DNA from: Eledone cirrhosa
Taxonomy: Eukaryota
Direction of reading: 5' to 3'
Assembly (NCBI GenBank): GCA_964016885.1
Contig: OZ024741.1
Span: forward strand, 179,428,001-179,492,000
DNA length: 64,000 nucleotides
Numbering within the stretch: the stretch's first letter is position 1; each line of letters starts with the position of its first letter. A program made the position numbers and the translations under genes. Below the pieces are notes generated by a model. The model saw only the letters and a program-made list of their open reading frames with translations. It searched no databases and was not told the origin of the DNA. This document shows, one piece after another, positions 42,253-54,400 of the stretch.

Positions 42253-42288
<36 letters not shown>

Positions 42289-42439
42289 TTCCAACTCCAT
42301 ATGTTCTTCTATTTGCATTAGAAATTGTCTATGGTAACACATACACCACGCCACATATACACATACAAGGTTGTTAACACAAAAACATTTTCATTCTGGG
42401 AATATTTGTGGGGAAAAGATTTAATTTTTTCTTCTTCCT

Positions 42440-42650
42440 TAATAATAGTTTCTAATTTAGGCTCAAGGACAGCAATTTTAGGGGGCAGGGAAGAAAGTTG
42501 ATTAAACCTACCTCCAGGTACTTGAGTGTTACTTTATTTTACCAACCCCAGAAAGATGAAAAGCAAAGTTGACCTCGGTGGGATTTGAACTGGTAAAGAA
42601 CTGGAACAAATACTGCAGAGTTTTTGTCCAATGCTCAAACCATTCGGTCA
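42440..42650 (-). mobile_element. Nin-domain SINE, diverged
   Basis: AATAGTTTCTAATTTAGGC...GATGAAAAGCAAAGTTGACCTCGGTGGGATTTGAAC. Confidence 0.8.
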
Positions 42651-42870
42651 ATAATATTAATGATAATAATAATCAGCTGTAACATAGATACAAGGCCATG
42701 AAGTTAGTTCATTAAATCGATCTGTAAATATTTATTTTGAATTACATTTTCTAGGATAGCACCAATATGTCGTGTACATATTGTAGAATTTTCTAGAATT
42801 GTACCAACATGTACTGTACAATTCTTCATCCAATGTTATTGGAAGGAAAAGTAATTATTCAAATAGTTAA

Positions 42871-43094
42871 CCTTTTCATGACCATATTTCTAATGAAATA
42901 CATGCTATTTCAATTAATTACTGAAGAATGATTTACTAAAATTATTAATTATTTCATTACTAAGATAGTAATTTAACATATGGTTCTTATATAAAATTAT
43001 GTTAGAAGATTTTAATTTAAATAGGAACACTTTAAAATGTTTTTTTTTTTTCATAGAACCAGAGCCAGTTTTGGGCAGGTTGGTATCAAAAGGG
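42871..43094. mobile_element. piggyBac-like MITE, diverged
   Basis: TTAA|CCTTTTCATGACCA ... TGGTATCAAAAGGG|TTAA. Confidence 0.65.
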
Positions 43095-44932
43095 TTAAAA
43101 AGATAAATAACTAGAGCCTCACTTTATGATTATAAACTTCCTCCCCTCAATGATACTACTTACATTGTTAAGAACTGCCAAAATGAGATGGAACTCACCC
43201 TGTGTATTCTGTAAGGGTGGTCAATCTTATTAGCAGTCATATTTGAATAGCACCAAAATATAATGTGTTGGTAAGTAAGAGAATGGCACCAAACTTTGTT
43301 GGTACATAAAAAACATTCTGGTAAGGGGTTTTACACAGATGAAAATGACAAATAAATATTGTTTGTTTGTTGGCTGGTTTTGGATAGATGTAGTGAACAA
43401 ACATTATGAAAAAAGCTAACAAAAATTATTAGAATTTAATTTTAACTCTTACAAAAATTAAAATTTTTGAATAAGAATGATGGAACATAAAATTAATTAC
43501 TTGATTTAAACAAATAATAAATATATTTAAGGAGAAAGAATATATTCATATAAGCAAGCAGCAGACACACACACATACCAAAATACATGTAGATACACAC
43601 ATACATACACACACATATACCTAAATACAGGTAGATACACATACACATCTAAATAGAGGCATATATGCATGCACAATGTAGATGCACATACCTAAATACA
43701 AGTAGACATACACATACACACGCACATACCTAAATGCATATATACATACATACACACACACAGGTACACAAGAAAGGATATACTTGTTGATAAAGCTATG
43801 ACTGTAACAATCAATGGTCTTTTTATCTTTTTAACATTTTTTGTGGAAAATACCAATAAAAATTATAACTGGTAATCCATTAACTGTCATTTGTTTTTGT
43901 TACATCCTTTTTTTGTTGATTTTTCTCTCATTTTTTGTTTTGTTATGTTCATTTCATATCATATTAGTATTAGTATTTTTATTATTATTATCAAGCATAT
44001 CAGACAGGGTGTTGAGCAGAAGGTTCACTGCGTATTAGATTATCCCCATTTTTTAAAGAAACAAACTCACTTCCACATCTGTGATGTTTACGGAGTAAGC
44101 CACTTTTCAGACATAAAAAAAAGGTTTAAGCTAAAAAATAACATTATTAGAACAGCAGTTTGTTGTTATTGTTGAATGCACCTTTCTTATCATCTGATGG
44201 CAAGGAGAGACAACCAGTTAGTAACACTAATGTCATCTTCAGATTATTGGACATGGTTTTAAGAGCAAGATGGTACACATTTTGTTGTACAATACAAACT
44301 AAAAAAAAAGTAAAGCAAAAACTTTGAGAAAGCCAAGACAAGAGCAATTTTACATCAAACATTTTTTGGGGGTTGAAAAAAAAAGTTAAAGTAAACAAAC
44401 GATATAAAACAAATGTGTACTTCTTTCTAAGTATCTGTTATTTTTTTTTTGGTATATTTTTTGGTTTTCGTTTTTGGTCAAAGTTATGTATATGATTATT
44501 TTTTTCGTTTCTCATGTTTAAAAAATAATTTGCCAGATTTTTTTTTAGTTTTTTTTTGTAGTTAAAATACATGACTAACATTAGTTTAATACAGTCAAAA
44601 GACTACCAAGTTTGGTTTTGACAATTTGTCAATAGTTAATCACATTGCAAGTACAGTTTAAAAATTGTTAGCATACACAGATCAACTTTATTTTAATTTA
44701 AAAAAAATTTTGAAAAAAAAAGTACCATTTAGAACATTTCACAACTGGATACATACAATAAGATTTAAAATAAAACAAACAAACAAACAAACAGAACTTT
44801 TAAAAGTACATACAACTAAGTGACTAAGCCAACATGTGCTATCTGGTTTAAAGGGTGTCATATACTCATGTTATGAAGTAAATAACTTTTCTGGCAGAAA
44901 AGATATCAAGTTAGATAGTTATAAGAACTCAC

Positions 44933-44993
<61 letters not shown>

Positions 44994-45118
44994 TACACAT
45001 ACACACTTATATATTGATATATTGTTATATATGTGTGTATGAATGTATGTATATATATATATATATATATGTGTATATACACATATAGATATATTGTTAT
45101 ATATGTGTGTATGTATGC

Positions 45119-45171
<53 letters not shown>

Positions 45172-45442
45172 ATTATGTGTATGGGAAAAAATATAGATGA
45201 TTGTCTCCCCTTGACATTAACAAATACATCATGAAGGTTACCCTATGACAATATACAATAAAAATGAATGAGAAAAAAAAAAGGAAAAAAAAAAAGAAAA
45301 TTCTAGACATTATTATTAGAGTTCTTTTCTTGCCTTTCAATACAGACAGGATTACTTTTTCCACTGCTTCTTAATTTGGTTTAAAAATTAAAATAAATAG
45401 TATATATATTTAAATAATTGACATTCTACTTAAATAAAAGGA

Positions 45443-45575
45443 TAATTCAATTGACAGCCTGTCAAATGTTTGAATAATAGTAATAATTCAATTGACAGCC
45501 TGTTAACTGTTTAAATAATAGTAATAATTCAATTGACAGTCTGTCGAATGTTTAATTCAAATGATTGACTGTCAA
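45443..45575. repeat. 41 bp tandem repeat, 3 copies
   Basis: TAATTCAATTGACAG(C/T)CTGT; TTGACAG starts at 45451, 45492 and 45533. Confidence 0.9.
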
Positions 45576-47214
45576 ATAATAATAATAAAATAAAATTTAA
45601 TTTAATTAAAACCAAAAAAATTAAATTAATGAATGTATTTAGTACCTTAAGGAAATTTCTCTTGTGCTATTTTGTGTCCATGACTCCTTTTCAAAAAATT
45701 TTTGGGATGATATTTTAATATTTGTGCTGGCCTCTAAGAATGCATCCGGCCAAGGCCGAGGCCGCTCACCGGTCCAAATGATGCCCAGTACAGCAGTAAG
45801 GCAATAGGTTCAACATTTCACTCATACGCCATGTTGAAACTATAGGCTTTGCAAATAATATAGGAGAAAGAAGAAAACGTTTTCAGACTCTTGTATTTTT
45901 ATCTCTTATACTAAGAAGTCTTAAAACAGAGAATGGAAGAAAAAAAAAAGAAATCAAACCATTGATATCTGGTCTTATGTTGTTTTTTTCTCTTCTTTCT
46001 TTTTTATTACATAATCTATACAACAGATAGCGCTTGATGGTATTGATTAGTGTTGGTGTTGGAGGGTGGGGAGGGTAAGTGGGGGTAGCCCTGTCAGTGG
46101 TCGACTACTATGTAAACTCAGTTTACTACCAACATTAGAATATTATACAAACAATTAGTAAACAGTACATATCAGTAGACCACAGAGAGGACTTAATATC
46201 AGATCACGAGATAATCCAGAGTTTGGAAGCTGTCATTTTTTGTTCGGTTATTTATCACACTGTTAGGGCAGAGAAAGTAAACTCTAATTAAAAAAAAAAA
46301 AAAAAAAAAAAAATCATCTTTCTGTGATATGCTTTTTAATATATATAGTCGTTTTTTTTCCAGCTATTTATTTTATCTTAACCAAATAGATGTATTTTTT
46401 TTGAAAGGCTTTGATGACAATCTTTTAGAGGAGTATTGATGTAATTAAAAGAAAGACAAAATAATAATAATCATTATAATCATAATACACAAAACCTTTC
46501 CAATTTGTCAACAGTGACTAAACCAGAAATCTCAGTGGAATAAAAAAATAACCCCCAAACAAAACAAAACAAATTTGTTATTTTTTCATTTTTTTTTTGG
46601 TAACAAAAGTCAGAGTATAATAGGAAAGCCTCAATGTGGTTTGAACAAGCAGCAGAAATTTACATTGTGTTGACACTGAATGTGTATCGTTTCGAAGAGG
46701 TATATATTTGAAGATGATTAAAAAATAACAAGAATTCCTAGTTTTCTACAAGTAAGAAATATAAATAAAAATATCAAATTATATATATAAAGGTGAAACA
46801 AAATAAAAAAAAAACCCCATAATTTAAGACCCTACTGATATGTGAAAGACAGTCAATCATCAGTGTTTGTATTGACCTTTATTTGTTGTATTGTTAGGAC
46901 TTGAGGTAGTTACGGTAGAGTACAGCTTGTGTCCCAACAGCCTCTGCTTGCTTTCTCATGAAATATCAAGTTGGGGCATCAGATTGTTCACAAATATATT
47001 TTTCTCACAGGGGGCAAACGAAAATGACACCACAAATAGATAATCAGAGAGGTTTTGTTTTTTAATTGGTTCCAACAGCAGCAGAGATTTACCAAAATTG
47101 CAATGCTCAAAATCCAAATTGAGGGTTTCATAAAATTTGCCAGAATATTTAATCCAAAATGAGAACAGAATTGAAAATATATCAATGAAAAAGTTAACTC
47201 AATTCCTAAGAATG

Positions 47215-47247
<33 letters not shown>

Positions 47248-47570
47248 CAAATTTTTGTCTGCATCAATATTTTCACGACAAGGTGGGGGTGTGTGAAGGG
47301 ATGGGGGATTGATTATGAAAAAAAAAAAGGAAAAGAAAATCTTTCTATCAACTCTATAAAGATGATATTCTTTCAATATTTGATTCACATGAAGACACTA
47401 ATAATACACAGAGAGAAATAATACCAACATTGAATATATAGATATATATATATATATAGATATAGATAGATAGATAAATATATATACATACATATGTAAG
47501 TATATATATATATTTTAGGGATATATTTTTTGAAATGGCTTTCATGCAAAGTAGGGACAACAATTACAAA

Positions 47571-47654
<84 letters not shown>

Positions 47655-48044
47655 AATATATGATAATAGTAATAAATGATTCCTAGACAATATATTGTAT
47701 GCAACTGTGACATTAAAAAAGGAACAAATTATTAGTAGCTATCAGACAACAATGCTGAAAGTGGACGGTGAAAGATGAGAGAAAAATCAGCTATATATAG
47801 AAAGAAGATTTAAAAAAACCATTTAGCAGAAGTCTTAAACTCAAATTGCCTACATTATTACAAAAAAAAAAAAAAAAAAAAGTCAAAACTATTGTTACCA
47901 TTTTAGGCCTTAAAAGGGTTTTGTGGAATTTTCAAGAATGATTTAATTAATAGTAGCTTCTAATTAAATTGAAATATGCTGTGAAAAATGAAAGGAAACT
48001 TAAGAAAATTACATCATCAAAAATAAATTGTTGGAATGATTTAA

Positions 48045-48250
48045 CCCTTTAGCATTTGCACTACTCTATATATACTATTGTATTTTTATGATAAAAGCTT
48101 TATCTTACAAATATCTCACTTAATATCGAATTTATGAGATTTTGATATTATTTATTTTGAAAATACCTTAACGCCAGTATGAACAGCTGGTTTGAACAGA
48201 AAGAAGTGAGAGAATTCTGGCTGGATACGGCTAGTTTAAATGCTAAAGGG
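48045..48250. mobile_element. piggyBac-like MITE
   Basis: Perfect 13 bp TIRs CCCTTTAGCATTT/AAATGCTAAAGGG with TTAA on both sides. Confidence 0.9.
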
Positions 48251-48372
48251 TTAAAAAGAAAGAAATGTCAAATATATGTGTCCTTTAGCCCTCCCCACTA
48301 CTTCACCACACATGAATGGAATAAATTTTATAGAAATATCTAAAAGTAAATCAGCACAACCCTAGTTTTAGT

Positions 48373-48413
<41 letters not shown>

Positions 48414-49474
48414 TCCAGATTACAAACAGATCTTGTGTCATTTTTACAACTTCAGGAGCAGTTTATAACCAATGGCCAAGAGTCCCTAAAATTCTTTCAT
48501 CAGCTTAATGTTCTAACACTTTCCTTATGATTCTTGCTGTTCCTATTGATATGGTTTTCTGTAATACTATTTATTATTATTATTAGAGGGTGTTGTAGTT
48601 TGCTTGAAGCATTGTGTTAAGTGTAGAAAAGCTACATCAATGTAAATGGGACATTAAATGTTAAAAATAATGATAACAATGTTGGAATGTTACTTTGGAG
48701 TTGTTTAATAGCCCTTACTATTTTTGGATAAAATCCCTTTATCACAAAGATATTCTGCTCAGAATTAGCTTCCTCAAATCTCCTTTTGATAAGGGATTTT
48801 ATCCTGAAATATTAAAGACTATTAAACAACTCCAAGGTAACACTACAACATTTTTGTTATCAATATTTTTAATATTTAATGTTCCATTTGCATTGTTGTA
48901 ACCTTCTAATAAAAAATACTATTTTCTATTATCATTATTAAAATTAAGAAATCATTATTATTATTATTTTCTTGCTGCTTTTTTTTAATTTGGAAGGATG
49001 CTTCTTTTGGTTTACATGTTTTCAAAGAGGTTGCTAGATTATGTGAAGAACTTCAGTTAAATACAATTCTGTACTGGCTAGACAATGCTGACACAGAGAT
49101 ATAAATAAATAGAGAAAGGCAGATATAGACTTATATATATGCACAGAAAGAGTGAGAGAGAAAGAAAAGACTACAACTAATTTTGCTCGCACCACCTCTA
49201 TGCTGATGCAGTGGCATTGGGCAGGAACAATAATCACAACCATGATAAATAGATCAGTAAAGACAGAAGTAGTGACATGTCTACACTTAGTCTAGGATAG
49301 ATAGTAATAATGGCAACTGCAGATTACAGAAAAATGGTAAAAACCAAAATTCAAAAATGCAACAAAATAAAGTTTTCATAGCAAGAAAGCAACAAAATAA
49401 TAGTGTAGCAAGGTATCTCAGTGTTCTGCAGGGTATAGGGTTAAAGACACTTTTAACACTTACTCCCATGCCTT

Positions 49475-49695
49475 AATAATTAATTTCTAATTTAGGCACA
49501 AGGCCAGCAAATTTTGGGAAAGGGAATAGCTGATTCAAGCAGCCCCCGTATTTGACCGGTACTTTATTTTATCAACCCTGGAAGGATGAAAAGAAAAGAT
49601 GTCCTCAGTGGGATTTGAACTCAGAATGTAAAGAGCTAGGACAAATACTGCAATGGCATTTTACCCAATGTTCTACCAATTCTGCCAATCCAGCC
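49475..49695 (-). mobile_element. Nin-domain SINE
   Basis: TTTCTAATTTAGGCACAAGGCCAGCAA...GGATTTGAACTCAGAA...TTCTGCCAATCC. Confidence 0.85.
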
Positions 49696-50225
49696 ATCTT
49701 ATAAGGGGAAGAGCCAATCAAATACCTTAATTAATAATTAACAGGTATGATGATAAGCCTGACAGAGGAAATCTTAGTATCCCTTTTTATTATATTTGTA
49801 CCCAGAGGGGTTGGAGTAGAAGGAAATAGAACTACTGCCTTTTTCACCTTGCTAAACCTCTGAACATAAAGAAAAAAGTACCCCATAGAACTAGAAACAA
49901 TACCAACATAAAAAGTCTGTATGATGATTACTACTACTACTAATACTAGTAGCAGCAGCAGTTTAATACTATTAGTGGTAGTTGTAGTAGTAGTGGTTTG
50001 ATACTAATAGCAGTAGTGGTAGTTGTGGTAGTAATAGTAGTTGAAGTGGCAATAGTAGTAGTAGTAGTAGTTATAATGGTGGTGATAGTAGTAGTTAGAT
50101 AAATGATGATGATAGAAAAAAGGCACAATTGGCAGTTCTCAGACGATATCAACCATTTCACAATAACACTGATATAATATAGCAGACATCAAGGATTTTA
50201 GAGAGAGGTTACATCTACATACATG

Positions 50226-50384
50226 CAGTGGCAGATTAAGGGGGTGGGACAGGGACTGGCTGTAGCCAGGGGTACACAACATGTAAAAGGCCTCGAGGAA
50301 ATTTTCAACCTGGGGCACAGAATATTTTAAGGACCCCAAGGAAATTTTCAACCATGGGCCTCATACAAGCTTAATCCATCCCTG
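50226..50384. mobile_element. hAT-like MITE remnant
   Basis: Imperfect TIRs CAGTGGCAGATTAAG / CTTAATCCATCCCTG; internal repeat AGGAAATTTTCAACC twice; TSD not clean. Confidence 0.5.
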
Positions 50385-51059
50385 TGTACATACATGCATC
50401 AGTTTTGATTTAGTTTATTAGTAGTAGTTTAGTTATTCAATCAGTAAAGTAATGATAGATGACAAGGATTTGGATATTGAGTTCTACACAATGTGTGTAT
50501 GTATGCTGTATAGGTGCGATTGTACATTTTTACAACTATACTTACATATACACACACAGACACTCATACATATATGTGTGTATATAGATATACAAACATA
50601 TGAAAACAATTCTAAGCATATAAAATAATACACATTTTAGTACAAACATATATATAAACACTAACATGTACTCAGTAGTGTAAAAAAACAAAACTAAATA
50701 AATAAATAATACTTGAATGAACAAAAAATGCTGCTACTAAGGAATATATCTATATATAGTTAATATAAAGAATGATGTAATTATGTGCCAAGATGCTATA
50801 AAATAGATAGTGAAGACCCTTAAAAGAAGTTACCATTGGCTGCTATGAGGAATTGAATCCCATATTTCCCAAATACTGGCTAGGCAATATCTGGGACATA
50901 TGGTGTTCAAATCCTCATAGCAGCTGGTGGTTACTTCTTTTTACGACTTTTAAGAGTCTTCACCCTATTTTACAGCATCTCAGTGCATGTACACACCATT
51001 CTTTATATTCTTGGTGCTTAAAAAAATCTGAGAAATCAAATACCTATATCTATCTATCT

Positions 51060-51115
<56 letters not shown>

Positions 51116-51250
51116 CCTCAGTGAAATATATGTATATATATACAGTTCCTCAGTGAAATAACAACCCAACCAGGAACTGGGCATATCAGAGTATTGACAA
51201 AATTATACACCTCAACAACATATGTACTTGTCTATACCACACTAATTCGG

Positions 51251-51305
51251 ACTGCCTGAAGAGGTCACAGCCAAAGATGGCTGTCACCGAAATATATATA
51301 GCAGT
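51251..51305 (+). ncRNA. Type I hammerhead ribozyme (Penelope pLTR-type, minimal stem III)
   Basis: ACTGC-CTGAAGA-GGTCACAGCCA aaga TGGCTGTCACC-GAAA-TATATA-TA-GCAGT, followed directly by AATAAA. Confidence 0.85.
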
Positions 51306-51356
51306 AATAAACGAAGCTAAATTTTAAACATTTGACTTATTTATTTTACTTTATTT

Positions 51357-51458
<102 letters not shown>

Positions 51459-51816
51459 TTGAAATGATGTAAGTAGAAATTATTTTTATCAATTTATCAA
51501 GCTATATGTTATATATTAAAAGTACCACTGGCATAGATACAAGTGATATATTGATATATTTTAGGAACCTAAAATAATTTTGGTGATTCTTTTTCTTCTA
51601 ACATAAGGTGGACCAACAGAAATAAATAAAACGGGTGAACATATTTGAAACATTTACTGGAACATGTCCAAATTTACTGGAACATTCATGCTAGAGAGTT
51701 TTGAGTTGAGGATATAATACATATATATATATATACACACACTACATATATATGTGTTTTTTAATTTATATAATTACTCCCCCACCTCCCATATATATAT
51801 ATATATATATATAATC

Positions 51817-51900
51817 TAATATAGAAATGGCTTCTACAGGACTAGAACTTTTTCCTTCGAATGAAACAGTTCTAGTCCTGTAGAAGCCATTTCTATATTA
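51817..51900. other. 84 bp palindrome containing the 3' half of a hammerhead
   Basis: Perfect 33 bp arms TAATATAGAAATGGCTTCTACAGGACTAGAACT; right arm reads GAAA-CAG ttctagtc CTG-TA-GAAGC. Confidence 0.85.
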
Positions 51901-52442
51901 AATTTTGTATATACTCTACTAATGTAGTGAGTACCTTACTTACTGTGGTTACTCCCGATTGAACCTGGGACTCACACACACACACACAAATATATATATA
52001 CATATATGTGTGTGTGTGTCTATATATATATCATATAATTATGTATATACTTTTTCCATCCTCTAGGGTATTTTACCTGATTTTTCTCAACTATTATCCA
52101 AAGTGATAACTATTATTATGATCATTTGTGTTAGGACACACACACTTCAAAATCTAACAATAACACTGCCCACCACTAATTTTACTACTATTGATATTAC
52201 TGATACTATTGCATCAAGTCATGTAGTGACATTCTTTTTATGGAAATTTCAATAACTTGTACATTTATAAACAGTCTAATTGTATCATATCACACACATA
52301 CACACACGCACACAATAAAATAGAATACAATTAAATAAATAGATATAAATAAAAGTGTGACCCATTTAAAAAAATAAGAATATACATTTTGGAAAAGAAC
52401 TAAAAAATACTAAACTTTTCTTGGTAACTTCTTTCTATGTTT

Positions 52443-52663
52443 TAATAATTAATGATTTCTACTTTAGGCACAAGGCCAGCAATTGGGGGGGGGGGTCGAT
52501 TAAATCAACCCTAGTGCATTACTGGTGCTTTATTTTATTGATCCCGTAAGGATGAAAATCAAAGCTAACCATGGCGGGATTTGAAATCAGAACCTAAAGT
52601 GCCGTAACTCTGTGCCGCGAAGCATGTTGTCCAGCACTCTACCGATTCTGCCACTCCACCACC
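52443..52663 (-). mobile_element. Nin-domain SINE
   Basis: TTTCTACTTTAGGCACAAGGCCAGCAATT...CCGTAAGGATGAAA...CTCTACCGATTCTGCCA. Confidence 0.85.
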
Positions 52664-52914
52664 CTCTATGTTTCAATAATTACTGAGATCAAATTATGTG
52701 TGCATTTTCTATAAAAAATAAAAATGAAATCAAGAAAACTAAACAAATGAAATTGGACTGATGTAATACTAGTTAGACTGTAAACTTAGTAGTTAAAAAA
52801 ACTCACCATCACCACCATCATCATAATACTTATCACCAATTTATGTTTGTACACACACACACACATATATTCATAGTACTTGTTACTATAACTTCTTAGT
52901 TGTTTGGAGTAATT

Positions 52915-53095
52915 GGTTGTGGGGTGGGGAAAGTCGATTATACCAACCCAGGTATTTTACTGGTTCTATATTTTATCAACCTTGAAAGGAAGAAAGGCAA
53001 AGTTTGCCTCAGCATGATTTGAACTTAAAACATAAAGAACCAGAACAAATACTGCTAAGCTTTTGTTTGATGCTCTAATGATTCTGCCAATCCAG
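52915..53095 (-). mobile_element. Nin-domain SINE, diverged
   Basis: AGTCGATTA...GAAAGGCAAAG...GATTTGAAC...ATTCTGCCAATCC. Confidence 0.75.
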
Positions 53096-53419
53096 AGCTG
53101 TTGGCTGTATAGACTTATGGTTAATTTAAAAATATATAGACTAGTAAAAGGAGAAGGAGTCTGAGATATATACCAAATGACATGAAAGGGGGAATATATT
53201 AGAAGATAGAGAGAGGATCAATAGCAAAATATAAGGAAGAAGAATGTTTAGTTTTTGGTAGTGGTGTATTTTTGGCATTAAAAAAACTCCATCTTTGAGA
53301 GGGATGGAGGTTAGAGGGAGGAGGAGAGAGAGAATCAGATTTTGATCACTATGTCAATAATAAATGAAAATGACACAACATAGGAAAGAAGAAACCCTAT
53401 TTACTATATCTGATGATTA

Positions 53420-53680
53420 TGATAATAATGATAATAATAATAATAATTGTTTCTACTTTTGGCACAAGGCCAGCAATTACCCAGTGTATTACTGGTACTT
53501 TATTTTATTGACCCCGTAAGGATGAAAGGCAATAATAATAATAATTGTTTCTACTTTTGGCACAAGGCCAGCAATTAACCAGTGCATTACCGGTACTTTA
53601 TTTTATCGACCCCGTAAGGATGAAAGGCAAGTCAACCTCAACAGGATTTGAACTCAGACCGTAAATGGAGGTAACTAAGC
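53420..53680 (-). mobile_element. Two tandem short-variant Nin-SINE fragments
   Basis: (AAT)nTGTTTCTACTTTTGGCACAAGGCCAGCAATTA.CCAGT...CCGTAAGGATGAAAGGCAA, twice. Confidence 0.88.
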
Positions 53681-53759
53681 TGATCAGTAATAATACAGTA
53701 GTCAACATGTAAAACATTGCATGTTTTGTACATTGAGATAAGTTTCAACAGTTTATGAA

Positions 53760-54400
53760 TAATTACTAGTACAATGATAGCCTAGTATTATCTGACTATT
53801 AATACTATAGTAACCCAGTATTATCTATTAGGACAATGATAGCCTATTATTATTTCATTACTAGCACTGGTAGTTTAGTATTATGACTACTAGTACTATA
53901 GTAATCTAGTATTATCTGACTAGTAATGCAATAGTAACCCAGTATTATCTGATTATTAGTACTATAGTAACCTAGTATTATCTATTAGTAAAATGATAGC
54001 TAGTATTATTTCACTAGTACTGTGGTAATTTAGTATCATGACTATTAGTACTATAGTAGCCTAGTAATATTTCACTAATAGTACTACAGTAGCCAAGTGT
54101 TATCTGACTGCTAGTACAATGGGGTCCTAGTATTATTTGGATATTAGTACTTGCATAAAGTTTAGAATATACAGTAGCACAATAACTTAGTATTATTTAA
54201 CTTCTTACATTAGTACAAGGTCTTGAAATTATGGTGGTATAGGTAACCTAGTACTATTTGACAATTAGTATTGGTAATTTGTCTAGGAATTACAACAGGA
54301 TGTTAACTTAGTATTATCTAACAATTATTGGTAGAAAACTAATATATCTAACTAATACTAGAAGACTGTCTAAAAATTAGAGTAGTATGGTGGTCTAATA
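53760..54400. repeat. Diverged ~29-33 bp tandem repeat leading into the satellite
   Basis: Units such as CTAGTATTATCTGACTATTAATACTATAGTAAC. Confidence 0.85.
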
